A DNA stretch of 7,548 nt from Bugula neritina (lineage: Eukaryota; Animalia; Bryozoa), in contig CAXIUT010000214.1 in NCBI GenBank assembly GCA_964035545.1, positions 1 to 7,548 on the forward strand, in the 5' to 3' direction. The notes below the pieces were generated by a model, which was not told the origin of the DNA, did no database searches, and saw only the letters and a list, made by a program, of their open reading frames with translations. Made by a program: the position numbers and the translations under genes. This document shows positions 1 through 7,461 of the stretch, piece by piece. Position 1 is the first letter of the stretch. Every line of letters begins with the position of its first letter.

Positions 1-63
1 CCCAACCCCAACCCCAACCCCAACCCCAACCCCAACCCCAACCCCAACCCCAACCCCAACCCC
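1..63 (-). repeat. Left terminal telomere, (CCCCAA)n, Tetrahymena-type C4A2
   Basis: Perfect CCCCAA tandem repeat from base 1 to 63 (about 10.5 units). The G-rich strand runs 5'->3' toward the end, as expected for a chromosome terminus. Confidence 0.98.
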
Positions 64-588
64 TTTGATAAGTAATAATAAAAGAATAATTCAAAATATA
101 AAATGTTATAAAATTATTTATTTCAAATTATAAATCTATATTCAATCTTCATTGATATGATTTAGTATTAATAGATCATTATTTCGATAAAATTATTATT
201 TTTATATTAAGTTATATTATTTTTTTCTTGATAAAATAAAATTCAAAACCAAATAAAATTTATAAAAAAGTCAATTTTTCAGCTGTTTTTATATTTCCTA
301 ACATAAATATACAACTTTAAATAAAAAATAAAAAAATAATTAAAAAATGATTTTTGGCAACGAGAAAGGGTAACAGAGTACTATATCAACTTTTTTATGT
401 ATTTCTTTTTAGGAGCTTTTAGTAGAAGTTTTAGGCTTTACCAGTCCATTAAATATTTTGATCTATTTGTAGATTATAATATCATTGATATCAGTATTAA
501 TTATTAAATGACTTTTTTGATATAAATGACTTTAATTATCAAATAAACTTATATTTAAGTTTTTGACATTTATTCTCTAAAATATAAG

Positions 589-599
589 CCCCAACCCCA
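589..599 (-). repeat. Short internal telomere-like remnant CCCCAACCCCA
   Basis: Exact 11-nt match to the telomeric repeat in the same orientation as the left telomere, inside very C-poor DNA, about 70 bp past the stop of the Rh gene. Confidence 0.7.
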
Positions 600-670
600 T
601 AATATTAAATCTAATAATTTGAAAATCAATTAAGATAATCCTAGATATAATGATAATAATCTGGATGTAA

Positions 671-2139
671 TCAAAGATAAGCAAATTGATCTTTTGGTCC
701 TCCTTCTGCTTCATATGGTACAAATCCATCGTCATCAATAAATAATCCACCTGCTCTTGGAATACCTACTCTTTCATCACTATGATAGTTAATACTTGAA
801 CTGTTAAACCAATAGGTCCTATCATCGAAATGATCCTCTGATTTCTGATTGTTTACACAATTTGATATCAATCCTGCTATTAAACCCACTCCTAAACCGA
901 TACCTGCAGAAATCACTGCGATCAACATTTCATATCCAGGGTTAAAATCTGTTGTCTTAGAACTGAAAGTAAATCCGTCAGAGTCATTATCAATCAACTT
1001 TCTAAAACCTGCGGCCAAAGCTCCTCCGAAAAGTCCTTGAATACCAAAAAGACTCCATGAAATAGTAGAAACTATATTGTTTTATTGTCCATAATTTTTT
1101 TCAAAAATATTTTGAAAGATAGCCATGAATGCTCCTCCAACAAAACCACCAGCCACAGCATAACCTGGATTAGTTATCCAGAATGAAGCTGAACCAATAA
1201 TAATAGCTCCAGCTATAGGTGCATAGATAAGATCTCTAGCAATTAGATATCCATTTATCAAAAGTGAGATGACTAAAGCTCCCATTATGGATGCTCCCAT
1301 GCCCATTATCACTAATAATGGACCTGTAATAATGTTAAACTGATTGATTCCATGATAAGTATCTAGGTCTGCTGCTAAAATAGGCAATAAAAGGAATAGA
1401 ATAAGGGCGCCCATGATAGATCGAGCGATACTTGCGGGATCTGCTTCATATTTTTTATGTTTGATGGTTGAAGTATCATCACTTGCTGCTTCACTTAGTC
1501 TATAAATGAAGCCAAGAGCAAGTCCCATAAATCCTCCAAAAGTAAAAATGCCAAAGGATCCAAAACTATCAATAGCTAAATTGCTGATAACTTGTCTATT
1601 GATCTCATATCCGAATATTCCGAAGATGGTGATGATCAGACATTCGAGTGCTCCTGCTCTTCCTAATACGCATGAGAATGCAACGATTAAAGAGATCGCA
1701 CACTTGAAGCATGAAGTGATTGTATTGGATGAATTTTGTCCAGTGGGAATTTAGAAGTTAGAGAGGTAGAGGTTGAATTATTGGTCGTTGAAGGAGTTGG
1801 ATGATGGGGTATCTTGAATGCCTGCTTTGGTCCAAAAAGCATTGGCAAAGGGATAGAACTCTACACATAGAGCGGTTATAAGAAAAGCAAATCCAAGAGA
1901 GGTCCATAGAAGTCTTTTAAAGAACGAGAAGACAAGACCGAATCCTTCGTTATTAGATAATTACCTGCTATTGCTAGAAATCCAAGGAAGATAGCGAATG
2001 TGATTGAGGAGATATTGATGTATGAAGTGGTGTTGGGGATAGTGAAAGCATAAAGCAAGGGGACAGCTATATGTAGAATAATGAGAGTTATCGAGAAGAC
2101 GACATTATTCCTTGAAACTGATTGGTTGTCGAAAGCCAT
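671..2139 (-). CDS. Rh-type (Amt/Mep/Rh family) ammonium transporter homolog, about 482 aa; complement(join(671..1944,1965..2139))
   Basis: ATG at 2139-2137. After removing a 20-nt GT-AG intron, one frame runs to TGA at 673-671 with three in-frame TAA. Rh-like motifs: AIAGFGLVFSFFKRLLWTSLGFAFL (cf. GFGFLMTFLxRYGFSAVGFNFL), CFKCAISLIVAFSCVLGR, DSFGSFGIFTFGGFMGL, APIAGAIIIGS, NPGYAVAGGFVGG, WSLFGIQGLFGG, and C-terminal HFDDRTYW (cf. FEDxxYW). Many hydrophobic segments. Confidence 0.92.
1945..1964 (-). other. 20-nt spliceosomal intron (GTAATTATCTAATAACGAAG), phase 1
   Basis: GT...AG ends. Removal joins the N-terminal frame to the downstream frame and restores the Rh GFG motif (G|GA TTC GGT). 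Confidence 0.88.
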
Positions 2140-2509
2140 CACTTTACCTGAAATTAATATTTTGAATATATCTCAACAATAAATCATATTGAATAAAATA
2201 TGTTGGAAAGAAAGATAACGTTTTTTTTATTTAAAGTTTATTAGATCAGATAAAATGTTCAATAATTTGTTATTTTATTTTTGAAGGACGATTCTGACAA
2301 TCATGTTTATTTTTTAAGGGAGAAAGTTTAGCTAAATAAATCTTTTATCCTATTATTTATAACAAAAATATTACAAAAATATCCTTTACTGATGGAAAGT
2401 TCAATAAATCCTAGCATTATTTCATATTTTATTTGACTTCTTTTCTTTAACTTAAAATACTAATTTCTTCAAAAATTATCTTTTCACTTAATAAATTATA
2501 AATTTGTTT
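2140..2509. promoter_or_regulatory. Divergent intergenic region, probable bidirectional promoter for the Rh and sugar-transporter genes
   Basis: 370-bp AT-rich non-coding gap between two head-to-head start codons. No specific element identified. Confidence 0.5.
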
Positions 2510-4074
2510 ATGTAAGACATCGAAGGCGTTCATAAATCAGTCATCATCATTATCCCGGGAATAGCGAGTTTGGCCTCTATAGTAAACGGATACTTTCTCA
2601 TCTATTTTACTATGATCTTCGAACATGTCAAGTAGTATAACTCTTTCAATGATGAATAGTTTCTTCATTTCTATTTTCCTCTGATGGATGCAGCTCTACC
2701 ACTAGGTGCATTTATTGGTATACTTTTATTTATTTAGGTTCTTTCGTCTACAACCATTTTGTCAATTCTTTTGGATAAAAAAAAGCAATGCAGTATCTAG
2801 ACTATATTTCAATAGTAGCCATATTAATGCAACTATGTTCTTTAAATATAGTCCTTGTAAGCTTTTCAAGATTAATAATGGGTTTTTACTGTGCAATAAC
2901 GATGGCATTGATTCCTTCTTGGATTTTATCTATGTCTCCAAGTTTTCTAGGTGGAATATTAGGTACTTTTAGTCAATTAGCAATCGCAATAGGAATGTTT
3001 TAGGTCTACTGTATGGAATATTTTCTATAAGATACTTCTCTTAGCAAAGAATTAAGAGTTCGATTATTTATTTCCTTGCCTTTACTGAATATCATTGTCC
3101 ACCTCATAGGAATTCATAAAGTAGGTTTTGACAGTCTCAATCGAATCATAGCTCGAAAATAAAATCCTTAGATAGTAAGATTTATGAAGACTATGTATGG
3201 AAAAGATTGGAGAAAATTTGCCAAATAATTACGTACCTTTAAAAACGAACCAAGCATAGAGGTATCACATGAAAATCACTAAGATGAAATTCAAGTAGCA
3301 GTGAGATAGACTAATGAATAGAGCATTAATTTTACCTAAAGTAAAGAATCAAAGGATAATCCTAATTTAGTGATAATGAAAAAAATCGAAACAATGTTAT
3401 TGAGAAAGCTGATGTTTTTATAACAAAATAAAATAGGAATCATGCTCACATTTGCTAATCAATTTTCAGGATTTATGGTCATTATCTACTATCTTTTGGA
3501 AATATATAAAAAACCTGAAGATAGCAGTCATTCTATAAACAATGGAATTAGAATCAATTTTAGCATTTTGCTTTATCTAGGATCTTTTCAAATAGTTTTA
3601 ACCTTGATCAGTGGATTTCTTATCCATAAGTTCGGAAGAAGAAGAATCATGTTGTCTGGCTTAGTTATAATAGTAATTTCTTTATTATTTGTCATCATTA
3701 ATGTCGGTCATCACAATGCGGAGATAATATTTTTGTTTGGGTATATTTTAGGGTATTCTATATCAGTAGGTCCTCTTTTCATGATGTATGCTATTGAAAC
3801 AGGAGCTAATATTTAGCTAGTTTTGCAAATTAATTGGTTCTTGATGTTAATATTGAGTTTTATCACTCACAAGTATATTGAAAATGTTAGTTAATCGATG
3901 GTTCTTGGAATATTTTGTGTCAGCTCTATTATCTCTTTGATATTTTTTGGTCAAAAAATGATATAAACTAAAGATCAGGATTATTAGGAGAATATTTAAG
4001 GAAGAAAAATACAAAATTAAGGATTATAGGTTCTTTATAGTCAAATTAGAGAATAATAAGAATAAAATTCATGA
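2510..4074 (+). CDS. MFS sugar-porter family transporter (divergent), about 514 aa; join(2510..2717,2738..4074)
   Basis: ATG at 2510 (M*DIEG...). After removing a 20-nt intron the frame is open to TGA at 4072-4074. Motifs: PLGAFIGS, FG*KK, SRLIMG...IPSWILSMSP, GILGTFSQLAIAIG, ANQFSG (cf. QQFSG), KFGRRRIMLSG, GYSISVGPLFMMYAIE, INW, I*TKD (cf. PETKG). Two hydrophobic halves separated by a charged loop. Confidence 0.9.
2718..2737 (+). other. 20-nt spliceosomal intron (GTATACTTTTATTTATTTAG), phase 1
   Basis: GT...AG ends and T-rich. Removal restores GAFIG|SF and shifts from frame 2 into the frame carrying the rest of the transporter. Confidence 0.9.
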
Positions 4075-4186
4075 TAATTTTAAAATTATATCTATTCTAT
4101 CATCATATTTATCTTATTCAAGATATTTAAATATTATAATTGTTATCATTTATGCAAGTTGCCTCCAATTATAATAATTTATAAGA

Positions 4187-5032
4187 ATGTCAGATATTAA
4201 ATAAATAGAATCCTTAACTAAATCTCTCTCTGAAATCGTAAATAACTTGAATAACTACATCTCTCATAAAGAAACTTCTCCAATCGTCAAGAAGGAGTCA
4301 GTTTACAAAAAAACATCAGATATGACTTATATGAGTTTCTTAGTCAAAGTTCTTTCACAGAGACCACCAGTTTAAGTTGTGCTGAAAAAGCAAAGCTATT
4401 GTTTACAGGAAGATCTTGAACTACTTCTTGAACTTTCATCTTATGCTAGTATCAATAATAAATGTTTCTAAGAAATATCAAGTAAAAAGAAACTTAACAG
4501 AACTATCTAAAGTATGAAATCAAGATACTATGAATGTCTTTCAAAAGTTGGTGAAGCTTAAATGAAAAAAATAGTCACCTGGATTGAACAATAAGGGGTG
4601 TAAGGATTTATTAATTTTGAAGCTGGTTAGTTTAAAATCAGTTTAAATGATCCTAAAGCTGAGAAAAAGACATAGAAAAAAGAAGTGAAGAGAAATAGAA
4701 CCGATTCTTTGTAAAATTTATAAAAAAAATATGAAAAGAAGAAATAAGTACCTAAAAAAATAGTACCAACAAACTGCAAAGAACTTAATGATATACTGAA
4801 ACTGTATTCAAAGATGGTGAATATACCAATCAAAACTTTATTATAAAATCTTGATCAGGTTTCAGGTGATTTTGTTCAGTTAGACAATTATATCGAGACC
4901 AAAGATAAAAAGTTACTATGGAACTCCTAAGAAGATGAAATTTTAAGAAAAGGAGGAATTGAGGTTTAACTTTTAAGAAAATATCGAGGAGCAGGAGTAG
5001 AGGCTAGAAAGAAATACCTTGGAATTAAATGA
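4187..5032 (+). CDS. RAP1: Rap1/TERF2IP-like protein (Rap1-type Myb domain + Rap1 C-terminal RCT domain), 281 aa
   Basis: One frame from ATG 4187 to TGA 5030-5032 with many in-frame TAA/TAG, so the ORF track missed it. Myb-like segment at about 4397-4540: YCLQEDLELL...NNKCF*EI...RTI*SMKSRYYECL (cf. Rap1 FTxxDDxAIL...GNALWKAM...HSWQSLKDRYLKHL). Lys/Glu-rich linker follows. RCT-like end: LDQVSGDFVQLDNYI...LLWNS*EDEILRK...LLRKYRGAGVEARKKYL (cf. SG...IWSxxDDxxL...LxKKFGxxNVxRRxxF). Alignment is from memory, not a search. Confidence 0.75.
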
Positions 5033-5097
5033 TTATTCTATCGAACTTTTAAAGCTATATAGATAAGTATTCTATTCGAATTTCTATATAATTTAAA

Positions 5098-6552
5098 ATG
5101 ATAGAGGATATAAATAGCAAAAGTGAGCCAGAGGAGATATCTTTGTTGAATATAAACACTAATGACATTTTGATTGAGTAAAAGAAGGATAAAATAACCT
5201 ATTTTTTGCCTTGTTATGTGAGAATTAAGGTAAAAACTGTCAAGCAACTTGAAATAGAATCATTGTCTGGCATGATTTCAGGAACTCTTTTGTTCTCTTT
5301 TTATTATGGAAACCTTCCCAGAGACTTAATTGACCAGTTCACAGGTCCTGATGCCTCCAAATCGATATTATTGCAACTGGGCAGACAAGAATCTATTGAG
5401 CTTAAAGAAGAAAAAGGTATCACATTTAAATAAGATCCAGCCAATAAATTCATAGACTATGTAATTAGAACATAATTTGATTGCCATCTAACTGGAGATG
5501 TGGTATACACTCCATTTTAGATATTGAACCTGACTCTATCAGTCACAGTTCAATCGGTAATTTTAAATCCCAAAATAAACAATGGAAAGAAAATCATTGT
5601 TAAATTTAACTGCATGAATAGCAGTAATGTCACCACTATTGATTCCTTCGATTGCACTTTTGGAACTTATAATCTAGCTGATTATTTTCTAGATAGTGAC
5701 TATACCAATAAAGCTCTCGACAGATTTTCTCCTATTTCTGTCATGAATCCTGACTATAAGATTCTAGAAGACAAAGTCTTTGCTGTAAAAAATAAAAAGA
5801 AATTAGATCCTGAAGAATAAGATCCAAAACCAGCTTTAGAGCATGAAAATAGTAATGTTAAGCTCATTAGTCTTCAAGAATAGAAGAAATAAAACAAAAA
5901 TATATCTGTTAATCCTAGTATTGGTCCTAAAATAGACAAAGAAGAAAAAATAAAACACTATCAATATACCCATTTCAGAATACCTCTGTATAAGTATCCA
6001 GGAGCTTCTTTGATTTCCATATTCATCCCAGTATATGTCCTTGGAATCCTAAATCTGGCAATATTCTTTCAAGATACAGTTGTGGGAGATAGAGTGGCCA
6101 ATATTGCAACAATCACTTTGGCCTTTATTGCCTTCTTGCCCACAATTAACGAAAAAATTCCTTAAACAAGTGATATCAAAATGATAGAGATCTTAATTTA
6201 CATCCAGACTGCTGCAACTATGTTGACTTTAGCACACACCTTATATATAAGAAACTAAAATGGAGATACTTATAGCTTTGAATGGTAGTCAAGCGTATTA
6301 TTCTTCATTACTTTGGCAGTTAATGCGATTACTTTTGGCATAGTTGTCGGCATGTTTGTGATACACAAGATATGGTGGTAGAAAATTTACAATCAGAAAA
6401 GAGAAGTCAAGATTAGAAACAAGTTGGTAAGAGAAGATTGGGAAAACAAGGAGTGTGACTAGTATTTTAAAAAGTGGATCATGAACAATAGAGTTTCTGT
6501 TTTAGGAGTTCAAACTGATAAAATCAAACTAGAACAACCAAAGAAAGCATGA
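5098..6552 (+). CDS. Cys-less (Pro-loop) pentameric ligand-gated ion channel subunit, 484 aa
   Basis: One frame from ATG 5098 to TGA 6550-6552 with 12 in-frame TAA/TAG. Beta1/beta2-like CYVRIKVKTVKQLEIESLSGMISGTLLFSF; Pro-loop YTPF*ILNLTL (cf. F/YPFDxQ); pre-M1/M1 FRIPLYKYPGASLISIFIPVYVLGILNLAIFF; M2 GDRVANIATITLAFIAFLPTI; M2-M3 loop IP*TSDIKMIE; M3; M4 at about 6295-6363. Confidence 0.82.
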
Positions 6553-6623
6553 TAAAACTCTATTATATTTTTAAATGATTGCATAAATAAGATGAGTAAT
6601 AATTAAGTTGATAATAATAACTA

Positions 6624-6830
6624 ATGGATATTGGAGAGAGGCTTAATTTCAATGGAAAAATCATACAATACTGTTTGAACTTGAACAACTGGAAAGCCAA
6701 CGAAAATCAAGAGGAAGCTTTGGATCGTTTCCAAGATTGTATGACAAGATCAATTGTTGCTGAACAACTTTTTAGAGCATAACTCAACAGAACTAGACCT
6801 GGAATATTTAAAGAAGAAGAAGAAGAATGA
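6624..6830 (+). CDS. Small hypothetical protein, 68 aa (true start may be 6592, see findings)
   Basis: ATG 6624 to TGA 6828-6830: MDIGERLNFNGKIIQYCLNLNNWKANENQEEALDRFQDCMTRSIVAEQLFRA*LNRTRPGIFKEEEEE. GC is higher than in the flanks, and the TGA-TAA stop context matches neighbouring genes. Confidence 0.65.
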
Positions 6831-7027
6831 TAAAAGCATGATCCATTAAATAAATAAATATCTGACACTTTTGGATAATATCATTTGTTACTATTCATTA
6901 CAAATATATCAATAAAAGCAATTTTAAATACCAAAATACAAAAAACATCTTTTTCAAGTGTAAATTTATTTTTGATTTAAATTTATCTTTAAAATATAAG
7001 GTTATGAATTTAATTCATCTATTTTAA

Positions 7028-7111
7028 GGGGTTGGGGTTGGGGTTGGGGTTGGGGTTGGGGTTGGGGTTGGGGTTGGGGTTGGGGTTGGGGTTGGGGTTG
7101 GGGTTGGGGTT
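7028..7111 (+). repeat. Internal telomeric tract, (GGGGTT)14
   Basis: 84 bp of perfect GGGGTT repeat in the same orientation as the right terminal telomere, followed by 350 bp of unique sequence. Confidence 0.97.
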
Positions 7112-7461
7112 TTAATTCAATTTAGAGGGCAAGATAAATCAAAATATATTTTTTTTAATTTTCTTATCTTTTTTGGAAAGAAGAAGAATCTTTAGTAATA
7201 GAGTTATTCTCAAACTGAAATAAAATTCTAATTTATTTTATATTGAGAAATAAAATAATTTTTTCCAAAAAACGTCTTTAAAAGATGAAAAAATAAGTAA
7301 AAATAGTTTTATTATCTACTTTTTTAGTACATAATTTGAATAAAAGTGAATAAAGGAGAGTAATATCATTTCCAAAAGACTTAAAAAGCGACGAATTAAA
7401 TGATAATTTAATAATTGTCCTATTCTAAATATATATGATAACGCTCAAATTTCTTCTTTTA

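Noticed and set aside
574-588. TCTCTAAAATATAAG, similar to TCTTTAAAATATAAG near 6986-7000
   Set aside because: Same strand rather than mirrored relative to the two ends, and low-complexity AT-rich, so probably chance.
805-819. Tetrahymena chromosome breakage sequence (TAAACCAACCTCTTT)
   Set aside because: Only a partial TAAACCAA match inside the Rh coding region; no full match seen near any end.
849-1040. ORF track + strand 63 aa
   Set aside because: Antisense shadow of the Rh gene, with a non-ATG start and no motif.
1506-1754. ORF track + strand 82 aa
   Set aside because: Antisense shadow of the Rh coding region.
2706-2972. ORF track + strand 88 aa
   Set aside because: Wrong-frame overlap of the sugar porter that runs through its intron.
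4627-4833. ORF track - strand 68 aa, Phe-rich
   Set aside because: Reverse complement of the A-rich Lys/Glu linker of the Rap1-like gene.
5038-5247. ORF track - strand 69 aa
   Set aside because: Antisense to the 5' end of the channel gene, with no supporting features.
671-6830. Reading the many in-frame TAA/TAG as pseudogenisation
   Set aside because: Frames stay open for hundreds of codons with no TGA, motifs continue across the UAR codons, and the telomeres indicate a ciliate, so this is codon reassignment.
7112-7461. TGA-free frame of about 100 codons in the right spacer
   Set aside because: No convincing start, stop or motif. Frames this long arise easily in G-poor DNA with a single stop codon.
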